From a virus: DNA of 64,000 bases. A program made the translations under genes and the position numbers. Of the stretch, positions 47,812-56,875 are shown piece by piece. The DNA lies in IMG/VR virus record IMGVR_UViG_3300036766_000185, positions 1-64,000 of that record. One strand, written 5' to 3'. The stretch's first letter is position 1. Each line of letters begins with the position of its first letter. Below the pieces are notes generated by a model. That model searched no databases and was not told where the DNA came from. It worked only from the letters and a program-made list of their open reading frames with translations.

Positions 47812-48820
47812 CGATCACTTCCTTTCCTACTGTCATCACTTTCGTTTTTTCTAGCTCAGATAACGAGGACTCTTTTAAATAGTCTGATAGCGCGTCAATC
47901 GCCGAAATCTGCTCAGACATAATTCTTTGAGAGGTGGGAACACTCTCTCTAACAACGTCATACTGTATTGTAAGCTCTTTAGCTCTGGAAGTCATTTGAC
48001 GCACTACATCTTCCTTGACATTTCTTGCAATCTCATTCGCCGTACCGTGAAAAATTATCTTGACAATAGCATCTTCAATTTCATTCACATGTAGCACAGT
48101 AGCACCAACATTAGATGCGTCAATGTCGTATTGAATCATCGAGCGGGTCTTAAGAGGAATAAACTCTGCTGTAATATGATGGTCGTCAATTGTTCCCTCC
48201 GGCTTAAGAGCGACAAACTGTACATCAAGTATTGTTACACCCTTTATATCGTCGCGCTCTCCAAAATCGACATGTTCAATACTACCCGAATACATGATCA
48301 AAGGATTCTCCCTCAAAATCTGATGCTTGTGTACATCGCCTAAAACATATGCTTTACAGTTTGGGTACTTAGCTAGGAGTTCGTCTGTGCTCATGGCTTC
48401 CATTAGTTGATAATCGGTGGGACCAATCTTCGCTTCTCTGAGCAGCAGGTGTCCCATAAATATAGTATCCTCGATGTAGGGATTAGTTACAATCTTTACA
48501 TCCTTAATCTGCAACTCTTCAAACGAATGGTAGCTGTGAACACCGTTCGGATATTCGTCGTGATTCCCACGCAGAATAACAAATTTCACACCAGAACCCG
48601 TAGCGCTCGGTGGAGCTACAATAGATCGCACCCATCGTTCGAACATTGCAAGCTCTTGACTATGAGGACGACGACTGGTAAAAGTGTCCCCTAGAATCAA
48701 CACCTTATCGACTTTCTCTTTGAAGATAAGCTGCTTAATCTGCTCCAGAGCCGACACTGTATCGTCGAAGCGACGATTGATGTTCAAGTGAATATCGGAA
48801 CAGATCAAGTAGCGGCTCAT
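47792..48820 (-). CDS. sbcD: SbcD/Mre11-like metallophosphoesterase nuclease
   Basis: SDIH, LGD, GNHD, LGDVHKHQ, YSGS...DFGE. Confidence 0.95.
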   Translation of the reverse strand: MSRYLICSDIHLNINRRFDDTVSALEQIKQLIFKEKVDKVLILGDTFTSRRPHSQELAMFERWVRSIVAPPSATGSGVKFVILRGNHDEYPNGVHSYHSFEELQIKDVKIVTNPYIEDTIFMGHLLLREAKIGPTDYQLMEAMSTDELLAKYPNCKAYVLGDVHKHQILRENPLIMYSGSIEHVDFGERDDIKGVTILDVQFVALKPEGTIDDHHITAEFIPLKTRSMIQYDIDASNVGATVLHVNEIEDAIVKIIFHGTANEIARNVKEDVVRQMTSRAKELTIQYDVVRESVPTSQRIMSEQISAIDALSDYLKESSLSELEKTKVMTVGKEVIDATTRG

Positions 48821-49683
48821 TTCTTGTCCTTGTTCTTCTTATTCGCATCATCGATAGCTTTATCGATACGTTCTTTTTCTTCTGTCTCTTTGACCATCTG
48901 CTGTAATTCTGTCTCTTTAATTCTAGTCATTTGATCTATGCGAATAGATAGATAGTCCTTTACGCGCATTCTAAGCTCAATGTCGCTTTCTTCAACTTTT
49001 CGTTTAATACCTACCAATCCGACAATCTCATCAAGATCAGCACCCTCTTTCTCAAAAAACTCTTCTCTCTTCCCCGCAATAAAAACATCGAAGAAGTCTG
49101 ATTCTGAGATTTGCGCTTTTAGCAGATCAACAATTGGGAATACTCGCTCAATTTTGACTAACAATGTTGGTTTCGCTTTTTTCTCACTACCCTTAACAGG
49201 GTCCGCCATATTATAGTCAACTTTTACTAAGTTAGTTCTAACGTAGACTGGAATGTTCTGTACGCGCAGCAAGAGCAAAATCTCCTGAGAGGCTGCGAGA
49301 GCATCAAACATCTGTGCAACAATCTCAAGTCGTAGAGTGAAAGAAGGCATTTTCGCCATTGGGTCCTTCTTTTTCTTCTTAGAAGATCCTACCTCTTCTT
49401 CCATCTCCTGAAAGTCTGGAGACTCAAATGGTACATCATCTTCTGGGTAATATTCTCTACCGCCTCCATCGGAATATGTACTCCCTCCGCCAGATGAAAC
49501 GTTCTCTATATTGATAATATCAATTTGAAATTTCTTACTATCGCAAATAAGCAACACTGGGCTAACTATCTTAAACGGAACCGATCTAGTGTCTATCTTT
49601 TTATAGCGGATAAGATTAACCAGTTCCTCAGGGGTTAAGTCTAGAGTATGCTGAACCGTTTTGTCTACTATTTTGATTCTCAT
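48817..49683 (-). CDS. Hypothetical protein
   Basis: 288-aa ATGA-coupled ORF. Confidence 0.6.
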   Translation of the reverse strand: MRIKIVDKTVQHTLDLTPEELVNLIRYKKIDTRSVPFKIVSPVLLICDSKKFQIDIINIENVSSGGGSTYSDGGGREYYPEDDVPFESPDFQEMEEEVGSSKKKKKDPMAKMPSFTLRLEIVAQMFDALAASQEILLLLRVQNIPVYVRTNLVKVDYNMADPVKGSEKKAKPTLLVKIERVFPIVDLLKAQISESDFFDVFIAGKREEFFEKEGADLDEIVGLVGIKRKVEESDIELRMRVKDYLSIRIDQMTRIKETELQQMVKETEEKERIDKAIDDANKKNKDKK

Positions 49684-49925
49684 TTCTTGAGTTTAGTTAC
49701 TTCCCATGGGTGTCGAAGTCCTTGCAAATACTCACCGCCATCGGGTCCTTCTTTTCTACCTTCATTCAAAGTCTTAATCAACACCATCAGACATCCAACA
49801 TTATTGACCTTAGACGATAGACTCGCTATGCCCTGTTGAAAAGTTAACCCTACAATGGAACATTCATTCCCTGTCAGATCATCTAACACACGCTCCCCTA
49901 TATCGAATCCCAGATCAACTTTCAT
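49680..49925 (-). CDS. Hypothetical protein
   Basis: ATGA-coupled ORF. Confidence 0.5.
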   Translation of the reverse strand: MKVDLGFDIGERVLDDLTGNECSIVGLTFQQGIASLSSKVNNVGCLMVLIKTLNEGRKEGPDGGEYLQGLRHPWEVTKLKK

Positions 49926-50326
49926 TTTTCACTTTCTTGTTGATCATCTGTCTTAGTTGGAACAGAAATTGTTCTCCTCTCAATATCTCTCATGAAGTCA
50001 ATTAGCTCTTGCATTGAGTTATGCATTCCCTCAAGCTCACCTTCTAGCTCTGCGATTTCTTTCTCCAACTGTTCTTTCTCCCACGCGCTAGTTGCTTCTT
50101 TCAATTTTCTCTTTAAGCGGTCTAGCTCCTTCGAATGGGAGTCATATTTCTCCTTTAGTTTGGCATAGAGATCCTCGATGGCTCTCTGCTTTTCTTGCTG
50201 CTTCTCGTAGGGAATCTCCCCAGACTTACGCATTTCAGAGATTTCTTCCTTAAGTATTTGAAACTGGCGTTTAGTGCGAGCGTAGCATGGCATTAGCGTA
50301 TCACCTCGATTTTGGGAGAGCAGCAC
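49922..50326 (-). CDS. Coiled-coil protein
   Basis: Heptad pattern; start likely MPCY. Confidence 0.55.
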   Translation of the reverse strand: MLLSQNRGDTLMPCYARTKRQFQILKEEISEMRKSGEIPYEKQQEKQRAIEDLYAKLKEKYDSHSKELDRLKRKLKEATSAWEKEQLEKEIAELEGELEGMHNSMQELIDFMRDIERRTISVPTKTDDQQESEK

Positions 50327-50577
50327 CCGTCGCAGCCATGAATCCCCTCATCAATCTGTAATTCAAACTTTTTCTGTCGTCCCTGAAGCCACACTAGAGA
50401 GTCGGGGTCAGGATGCCCGATTCCATGAGGACAGATACGCTCAGTTAAAGCTCCTCTGTCCAGACGAATATTCAACTGCCAGTCTATCATATGGTGCTTA
50501 CTCGGATTGTGAAAGCAGCATATAGTCCCCTCACACTGTTTCTTAGGGTGATAACACCCTTCTTTATTCGTTTTCAT
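50293..50577 (-). CDS. Conserved Cys/His-rich phage protein
   Basis: HNPSKHHM...ERICPHGIGHPDPD...HGCDGCC. Confidence 0.65.
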   Translation of the reverse strand: MKTNKEGCYHPKKQCEGTICCFHNPSKHHMIDWQLNIRLDRGALTERICPHGIGHPDPDSLVWLQGRQKKFELQIDEGIHGCDGCCSPKIEVIR

Positions 50578-50579
50578 TA

Positions 50580-50900
50580 TTACTTCCCTCCAAAAATCCC
50601 CTTCGACTTTTTGGCTTCGATGATCTTAACAACTAGCTCACCGACGGTACGACTATACGCTGTAAGCTCTATTTGCTTCTGAGCCGCTGTGAGTAGAGCG
50701 TCTAGTTGCCAAGATTTTCGTACGTTTGCATTAGGCTGGATAGCGAATTCGCCTGTCTCTGGGTCTAGAATTAGAGTTGCCAGCCACAATCGCTTCTGTT
50801 GATCTGCCTGTGCTTTCTGCTGATCAGTCTCCACCTGCTTGACTTCTGTCGCTTCCTGCTTAAGTTCTGTTTCCTTCTTCTCGGCCATTTCGTCGGACAT
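50580..50900 (-). CDS. Hypothetical protein
   Basis: GAGGAG RBS. Confidence 0.55.
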   Translation of the reverse strand: MSDEMAEKKETELKQEATEVKQVETDQQKAQADQQKRLWLATLILDPETGEFAIQPNANVRKSWQLDALLTAAQKQIELTAYSRTVGELVVKIIEAKKSKGIFGGK

Positions 50901-50991
50901 TGTTTATTTCTCCTCTAGTTTCAGTATTTCGTTTAACAGATAACTACCTCCCAATCCGCCCATGTTTCTCATTAAGATACTAAGTACGTCG

Positions 50992-51846
50992 TTAACCGCT
51001 CGATTGTACGCCTGTTGGCGAAGTCTCCGCTGCTGGAGCTTGCGTCTCTTTTTCATGAGCGACACTCGTTTCTTTCTCTTTCGGCTTTAATCCCTCTCCT
51101 TTGGAACGATCAAAATTATTGAGAGCCGACACTATCATACGCGACCCTCCTGCAATCTGATTAACACCAGTCCCAGCGATTCTTCCTGGGACTTCGAACG
51201 TCAGAGAGTATAGCGCTCCTCTTTTCTCAAAATAGAACTCCTCAAGTGTTCCCTCTTTATAGCTAGTAACCACTCCACTTTTACAGGTCTCCTTATAAAC
51301 GGTCTTGGTTTTTCTAATGTCAAAATAGGCCGCTACGTCATTCAACACCAATCGCGCTAGAGAGTTGGACGTTGGAATTTTTCTCTCGTATATGTACGCA
51401 GAGCTTTCATCTGCATCTCCGTGTACGTCGAGAAATAACGATAATTTTGTAGGAGTGTTATCAAAGATCAATCGCAATTCTCTGGTATCTCGCTCCCCAA
51501 CCTTTAAATTACTTCCCTTGCGATCTCCTGTCAATCTTGATGAGTGGCTCCATCCCCATGGATTCGCGCACGGAAAGATGTACAGATTCCAGCGATCTTT
51601 ATCTAATTCTCCCAGAGAGTGCAACAGACAATCAACACTCCAGTATTCGTTCCCATGTTGTCCCGCTACTATCACCACTGAATCTTTGGCTCGTCGAGAG
51701 ACTGATCTAATAGTTGGAAACGCAAAAGCTTCTTGTCCATACACAAGATGATCTAGAAATTTTACCTCTAGATCGGCCTTGGCTGCCTCTTCTATAATAG
51801 TGGTAAGCAGCCTATTATAGTCTTTGGGCCGCGACTGCTTCTCCAT
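50992..51846 (-). CDS. M14-family metallocarboxypeptidase / deacylase-like protein
   Basis: AGQHGNE, NPWG...R, LDVHG, TFEVP. Confidence 0.85.
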   Translation of the reverse strand: MEKQSRPKDYNRLLTTIIEEAAKADLEVKFLDHLVYGQEAFAFPTIRSVSRRAKDSVVIVAGQHGNEYWSVDCLLHSLGELDKDRWNLYIFPCANPWGWSHSSRLTGDRKGSNLKVGERDTRELRLIFDNTPTKLSLFLDVHGDADESSAYIYERKIPTSNSLARLVLNDVAAYFDIRKTKTVYKETCKSGVVTSYKEGTLEEFYFEKRGALYSLTFEVPGRIAGTGVNQIAGGSRMIVSALNNFDRSKGEGLKPKEKETSVAHEKETQAPAAETSPTGVQSSG

Positions 51847-51991
51847 CGTCTCTGACCCTCTTATTAATTAGCTCGTCGTCCTAGCTCGCCAAGAACACAT
51901 CCTGCCACAACAGCCCACCATAGATTGTGAGTAATCTGATACACAGCAAAAGCTCCGATCAGCGGAGCAAAATTAAAATCGATGTTCCACA

Positions 51992-52294
51992 TTATAGAAT
52001 TCCCTCTCTTATATTGTATCGTCGTCCGCCCATTTCAAGAACAAAGAGCGGAACTTTCCCTATCAGCGCTGCATTTTTTCTGAGAGTCTCCAGATCCTTA
52101 AAATTCAATTTAAAGCTCTTAGCGGTAGTAAACTTAGCTTGCACTAGATAGTCGAGCGTTGTGATATCCTCGCGCATTCCTGGAAACGCTCCAGATCCAG
52201 GCTGCACTCGTCCGCCGATCTTTTTAGCAAGCTTCTTTTCAAACTCTCGCCCTGCCACCTGCGGAGTCTTGGCTTTGAGCCAGCGTGGAATCAT
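51992..52294 (-). CDS. PD-(D/E)xK-like nuclease / Holliday junction resolvase-like protein
   Basis: GREFEKKLAK...GSGA...EDI...LVQAK. Confidence 0.7.
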   Translation of the reverse strand: MIPRWLKAKTPQVAGREFEKKLAKKIGGRVQPGSGAFPGMREDITTLDYLVQAKFTTAKSFKLNFKDLETLRKNAALIGKVPLFVLEMGGRRYNIREGIL

Positions 52295-52527
52295 CTTCGA
52301 TTTTTCCTATCTCTTCCAGTTGTGTCGTAGGAATAATCGTTTTGACCAGTGTCATGAACATAATAAATTGGGTCTTCCTTCAAATGCACGGCTAGCTCGC
52401 TTTTAGGCGTACAGTGCTTGATTCGATAGCCTTTGCGATAGTGCGCATGACAGTCCATTTCCTCAGACGCAGAGACCGCACTACATAGATTTAGAATTGA
52501 AACCATTACGAGAACCCAAACACGCAT
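52291..52527 (-). CDS. Small secreted protein
   Basis: Signal-peptide-like N-terminus. Confidence 0.45.
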   Translation of the reverse strand: MRVWVLVMVSILNLCSAVSASEEMDCHAHYRKGYRIKHCTPKSELAVHLKEDPIYYVHDTGQNDYSYDTTGRDRKNRR

Positions 52528-52570
52528 CTTATCCCTCTAAAGTGTAATTAAGAAACTCTTTCAACGTCTC

Positions 52571-52879
52571 TCATTTGCTCTCCAAGATTTGTTTCCACAT
52601 TGGAACGTAGGGCTTCTGTCGCGCTCTAAGATGTTCAATTTCTGCATCAGTGGGAGCGACCATAGATTCTTGTATGATTTGCGCCCACAGATCTTTACGA
52701 TTGTCTACACGAAACATGAGTCTACGCCCACCGCCCTGATAAATAGTAACAAGATACGCGACAGTTTTATTAATCGTCGATATCTCGTCTACTGTCTGCT
52801 CGACCAGACGCTTAATGTCGATACGACAGTCTGGATAGACTTTATCTTTAAGGCGTCTGCTCATTTTGCTTCCTCCCAA
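52571..52879 (-). CDS. Hypothetical protein
   Basis: ORF in operon. Confidence 0.5.
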   Translation of the reverse strand: MGGSKMSRRLKDKVYPDCRIDIKRLVEQTVDEISTINKTVAYLVTIYQGGGRRLMFRVDNRKDLWAQIIQESMVAPTDAEIEHLRARQKPYVPMWKQILESK

Positions 52880-53070
52880 GGGGCTTGTCCCATTTTCTCT
52901 AGTGCATCAGCTAGGTACACGGCCTGTTCAACAGATTCCTGCGCAGAGAGTAGCGGAGTATAAGAATAAATAATGCCGTAGTTATCTCGATGAGAACCCA
53001 AATGAGAATACAATCGAAGGGCAGCCTCTGCTATAAACGTTGCTCTATTTGAGATATTTATACCTTGCAT
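52861..53070 (-). CDS. Hypothetical protein
   Basis: ORF in operon. Confidence 0.45.
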   Translation of the reverse strand: MQGINISNRATFIAEAALRLYSHLGSHRDNYGIIYSYTPLLSAQESVEQAVYLADALEKMGQAPWEEAK

Positions 53071-53348
53071 CAGTGCCCTTCGTAAAGTTCCTCTTTTTCT
53101 CGATCTATATCTCTTTGAACATCCTTGATCAACGCATCCAGATAGCCTTTGACAAAGTAAATGGATAACTTTCCCGTATCGTTAGCTATCGCCTTCTCTA
53201 CTTCCTCTATCACGTTCTTTAAATGCGCAAGCATACCGTGATTGGTCATTAGTCGTATCTCCCGAACACAATGGCTTTTAGCAACCCTAGTGTGTTAGGT
53301 ATCAGTCTCAACAGGAACAGAAACGGTTGCAACAGTGGCGCATTCATT

Positions 53349-53879
53349 TCAATCTGAGTTTTCTCCAACAATGAACAAATTCCAGCGACCGATGCATCCC
53401 AAAAATCTATCCATGTCCGACTTCCAATCAATCAGATCGTCCAGTTTAGTGGGAAGCTTATTCTCTGCAATTCGCACTAGCGTATCGTCTTCAATATCAA
53501 TAGGATAAAGCCCTTCTTCTAAGTATTTATAGCTTCGATTGCAACTGAGACTAAAATCGCTCAAATCGTAATCGTAAGCTGCAAGTTCGTCTAATGTTGC
53601 TCCGAAAGCTCCACAGTTGCTCTCGTACCATTTGTCAGAGAGCCATTTCATGTATCGCTTCATGTACTTCGTTGGCGTCAAGATAGTCCCAAGAAATTTC
53701 GGATGATGACAAGCTATCCCTGCTGTTTGATGGACAATCTTAATCCACTTTCTAGTATCTTTAAAGGGAAGACCATCAAATGGAGAATAAACAGCGAGCA
53801 CCAGTTGAGGTAGAGTTAGTTTCAAATCAAGATCAAGAAACTTGTACTCGTCGTCTGGGGTGAACTCTAGCTCTTTCAT
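53349..53879 (-). CDS. Conserved hypothetical protein
   Basis: HQTAGIACHH...EG.YP...ENSD; GAGGAG RBS. Confidence 0.6.
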   Translation of the reverse strand: MKELEFTPDDEYKFLDLDLKLTLPQLVLAVYSPFDGLPFKDTRKWIKIVHQTAGIACHHPKFLGTILTPTKYMKRYMKWLSDKWYESNCGAFGATLDELAAYDYDLSDFSLSCNRSYKYLEEGLYPIDIEDDTLVRIAENKLPTKLDDLIDWKSDMDRFLGCIGRWNLFIVGENSD

Positions 53880-53902
53880 TCTGCTCTCCTCGTATCATAC
53901 TG

Positions 53903-53960
53903 AAAAAAGGCCGTCTCTCCGCGCTGTCAAGCCGTAAATTCGCAGGTCGGCTTTCCCCGT
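53903..53960 (-). ncRNA. Small structured RNA / terminator, C4-antisense-like
   Basis: GGGGAAAGCCG-loop-CGGCUUGACAGCGCGGAGAGACGGCCUUUUUU; UGACAGC..GGARAGACGG resembles the C4 RNA motif as I recall it. Confidence 0.5.
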
Positions 53961-53965
53961 AGATC

Positions 53966-54553
53966 TTAGTAGAAAATCCCAAAAAGATCACCAAACAGTG
54001 TTCGGTCGTTCTTCTTGCTCTGCTTCTCTAAACGCTTTAGAGCAGCCGCGTACTTCGGTGTGAACTCTTCTTTAGTCATTACACCAGCTTTGTACGCCTC
54101 AATCAGACGATTCAAGTACACGTCTGTCTTCGCGAAAACTGATGTACGAGAGAACCCAACACCACCCAAGAACGTACCGATATTGATCGAGTCCGTCCCA
54201 GCCGCCGCACTCGTCCCTGCAGAGCCGAACGAGTACACGCGGGTCTTGATACTGTTGCCACCGTTACTGGCCGTCGAGCTTCCACCATTTGCGGTGTTCG
54301 TGTTGTGAACACTCGCATTTCCGCCCGTCGCGGAATTGCCGTTCACGTTCTGATTCGTGTTCGTAACGGCATTGTTGGAGTTGCCGCCGTTCCCACCGTT
54401 GCCCCCGTTTCCACCATTACCGCCGTTGCCGCCATCGCCACCACAGCCAGCAGCCTGACCACCACTTGACTCACATCCCTGATCGCTAGCAGCCGCAAAA
54501 GCAAGCTGCGAGCCAATCAACACTAGAGCCACCACCAAAATCAACTTCTTCAT
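53966..54553 (-). CDS. Secreted Gly/Asn-rich protein
   Basis: Signal peptide MKKLILVVALVLIGSQLAFA; (GGN)n repeat; GGAGG RBS. Confidence 0.75.
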   Translation of the reverse strand: MKKLILVVALVLIGSQLAFAAASDQGCESSGGQAAGCGGDGGNGGNGGNGGNGGNGGNSNNAVTNTNQNVNGNSATGGNASVHNTNTANGGSSTASNGGNSIKTRVYSFGSAGTSAAAGTDSINIGTFLGGVGFSRTSVFAKTDVYLNRLIEAYKAGVMTKEEFTPKYAAALKRLEKQSKKNDRTLFGDLFGIFY

Positions 54554-54623
54554 TCTTCAACCCTCCCGATTTTCGGCCCGCACCACACGAGCCTGCGCTA
54601 CACGTTACTCAGATCATCCAACT

Positions 54624-55142
54624 CTAGCCTCTAAAGTCTGCTTCATTTTCTTTTCCTAAGCAACATTTTTTAAATTTCTTCTTGCTTCCGCACGGACAGA
54701 GAGTATTCCTCCCTATCTTTACTGATCGATATTCTTTATCAGCAATCGTAATCCCGTACAGATGATCAAGTTCATGCTGTACTACAATCGCCTCTAGCCC
54801 TGACAGCGCGTACTCTTTGTCGTCTCCGTTCTTCACAACGACCTCGGTCGCCCGCTGCACACTTTTCGTTAATCCTGGAAGACTCAAGCATCCTTCTGAG
54901 TGCACGACGAAATCAGACGCTTTGATGATCTCAGGATTCCAGAGATTTAGTTTAGTGTCTTTTACTCTCACGATCGCCGCTCGCTTTAGTACGCCGATCT
55001 GTACGGCAGCCAATCCAACTCCTGGAGTCTCTGAGTTTGTTAATTCAGTCTCCAATCTGTCAAAGAGCAGAGCTAGATTGTCTGCCTTTTCCACTGGGTC
55101 CGATATTCGATTTAAGAGCACTTTTGATAGTTCAATCATCAA
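54624..55142 (-). CDS. def: Peptide deformylase with C-terminal SEC-C motif
   Basis: GVGLAAVQ, EGCLS, HELDH; GRNTLCPCGSKKKFKKCC. Confidence 0.95.
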   Translation of the reverse strand: MMIELSKVLLNRISDPVEKADNLALLFDRLETELTNSETPGVGLAAVQIGVLKRAAIVRVKDTKLNLWNPEIIKASDFVVHSEGCLSLPGLTKSVQRATEVVVKNGDDKEYALSGLEAIVVQHELDHLYGITIADKEYRSVKIGRNTLCPCGSKKKFKKCCLGKENEADFRG

Positions 55143-55345
55143 ACTTTCGCGACTGGTTTCTTAAACCGAGCACGAGCTACAGCTTGAATCTCTAATAGTC
55201 TAGCCTCATCCTCAGTTGTGCGTCCTTGTTTAACCGCTAACGCCAAAGCTTCTACTAACTCCTCGCGCTTCATCAGATTAAAACAGCGCAGACCATATCC
55301 CTTTGCTGCTTTCTTCATCGCGTTAAAACTCATTTCTTCGGCCAT
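55139..55345 (-). CDS. Rho N-terminal-like helix-extension-helix protein
   Basis: MSFNAMKKAAKGYGLRCFNLMKREELVEAL; GGAGG RBS. Confidence 0.55.
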   Translation of the reverse strand: MAEEMSFNAMKKAAKGYGLRCFNLMKREELVEALALAVKQGRTTEDEARLLEIQAVARARFKKPVAKV

Positions 55346-55371
55346 CTGATCCTCCTTTGTCCTCTACTACA

Positions 55372-55401
55372 AGTATACACTATCCGATATATCGGTGTCA
55401 A
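55372..55401 (-). promoter_or_regulatory. Sigma-70-type promoter with palindromic spacer
   Basis: TTGACA-CCGATATATCGGATAGTG-TATACT. Confidence 0.8.
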
Positions 55402-55407
55402 GTATTC

Positions 55408-56430
55408 CTATTGCTGCCGAGCGAACGTCGAAATCTCTGTTGTCAACTTAGAAACTAACTTCTGATCTGGACGCACAACGGCTAAAAAGTTCTTTATCCC
55501 ATTCGCTTTAATATCGCCATACGTATAGACGCTCCCACTTCTATGAATCAAGTCGTACAAAGTACCATATCTTATGATCTCTTCTAGCGTATCGACCTGC
55601 CCCTGCAACGGGCCTTGAAAGTACAACGTAAACTGTCCCTCCCTATATGGACTATAGGTCTTGTTCTTTTTAGTCAGGAACTTGATCACGTGCCCAATTT
55701 TTACCTTATCACCCGCAGCGTTGTCCTCTTCGATCCACTCACCGTGCTTAAAGCGCACACGAATAGACGCTGCAAATCTAATACCCATACCCCCTGGAGT
55801 AGTCTCAGGGTCACCATAAACTATACCGATTTTTAGTCGAATCTGATTTATCAATAGCACTATGCAGTTATTCCAATCGTTGTTCTCATTCAGCGAATTT
55901 AGCGCTGCAGACAGTCTACGAATAGCGCGATTCATAAGTAGCGCTCGCTCTCCAATCTTCTCTACATCATCAACAACTGACTTGTCAAGCTCGCTCTGTG
56001 GACTCATGGCAGCCACGCTGTCTAGAACAACTATTCCGCAATCACCCGATCGAACAAACGCTTCCAAGACTTCAACCGCCTGTTCAGAAGTTTCAGGACG
56101 TGAGTAGATAAGACTTGCTACATCAACGCCCATCAACTCCGCCCATTTAGAGTCCCAGGTATTCTCAACGTCAATATAAACTGCGGTCTTTCCCGACTTC
56201 TGCACATTTGCTATAAGTTTTAACGCCATCGTGGTTTTCCCAGAGCTTTCCGCTCCGTACCACTCGATGATTCGTCCAAGAGGCATCCCTCCGCCACATT
56301 CAATATCGAGAGAAAGTGAGCCAGTTGAGACACGCTCTAGATCAACAGTTTTAATCCCAGATCCTTTCATCGCCAGACCTGTCCCGTATTTCTTTTGGAG
56401 ACGACTCATGATCTCCTCGGCGTTACTCAT
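55408..56430 (-). CDS. recA: RecA recombinase
   Basis: STGSLSLD...GAESSGKTT, IDVE, VLDSVAA, INQIR, TTPGG; likely start MSNAEE at 56430. Confidence 0.97.
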   Translation of the reverse strand: MSNAEEIMSRLQKKYGTGLAMKGSGIKTVDLERVSTGSLSLDIECGGGMPLGRIIEWYGAESSGKTTMALKLIANVQKSGKTAVYIDVENTWDSKWAELMGVDVASLIYSRPETSEQAVEVLEAFVRSGDCGIVVLDSVAAMSPQSELDKSVVDDVEKIGERALLMNRAIRRLSAALNSLNENNDWNNCIVLLINQIRLKIGIVYGDPETTPGGMGIRFAASIRVRFKHGEWIEEDNAAGDKVKIGHVIKFLTKKNKTYSPYREGQFTLYFQGPLQGQVDTLEEIIRYGTLYDLIHRSGSVYTYGDIKANGIKNFLAVVRPDQKLVSKLTTEISTFARQQ

Positions 56431-56875
56431 CGCTGATACGCTCTCCGATTTCATTGATGTGCTTCATCAACTCTTTAGCTGCTCCTAGCGACTCCTGACT
56501 GTGAATATCGCGGGCATGCCCTGGAACTCGGCTTTTTCGCATTTCGAATTGAAATCCTCGTCCAAGTTTTACTCGATCTCGCTTTACTATGACGTACGGA
56601 TGAATCATTTTCAGAAATCGATCCGCCATGTTGGCTGTTAAAATCCAATCACCAACGGGCTTGTGCATCCCATGACGCTTGTAAACTCGAAGATATCCAC
56701 CGAATTTTCTGTGAATTGATTTCATAAGATCCAGATGAGTATTTACAATTCCGATTCTAAGCGAATAGACCGTAGTCTTTGTTAGAGGCTTCAAGCTTCG
56801 TAGAATTGTTAGATATCCTTCTCCGTCGAACAGACCAGCTAGATATTTCGGAGTTAGTCTATCTTCGATTTCCAT
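56423..56875 (-). CDS. LAGLIDADG homing endonuclease (single motif)
   Basis: YLAGLFDGEG...PYVIVKR. Confidence 0.9.
   Translation of the reverse strand: MEIEDRLTPKYLAGLFDGEGYLTILRSLKPLTKTTVYSLRIGIVNTHLDLMKSIHRKFGGYLRVYKRHGMHKPVGDWILTANMADRFLKMIHPYVIVKRDRVKLGRGFQFEMRKSRVPGHARDIHSQESLGAAKELMKHINEIGERISDE

Noticed and set aside
56423-56875. LAGLIDADG ORF as part of an intron or intein in recA
   Set aside because: recA is continuous and complete; the endonuclease is a separate ORF overlapping both neighbours with no room for intron structure.
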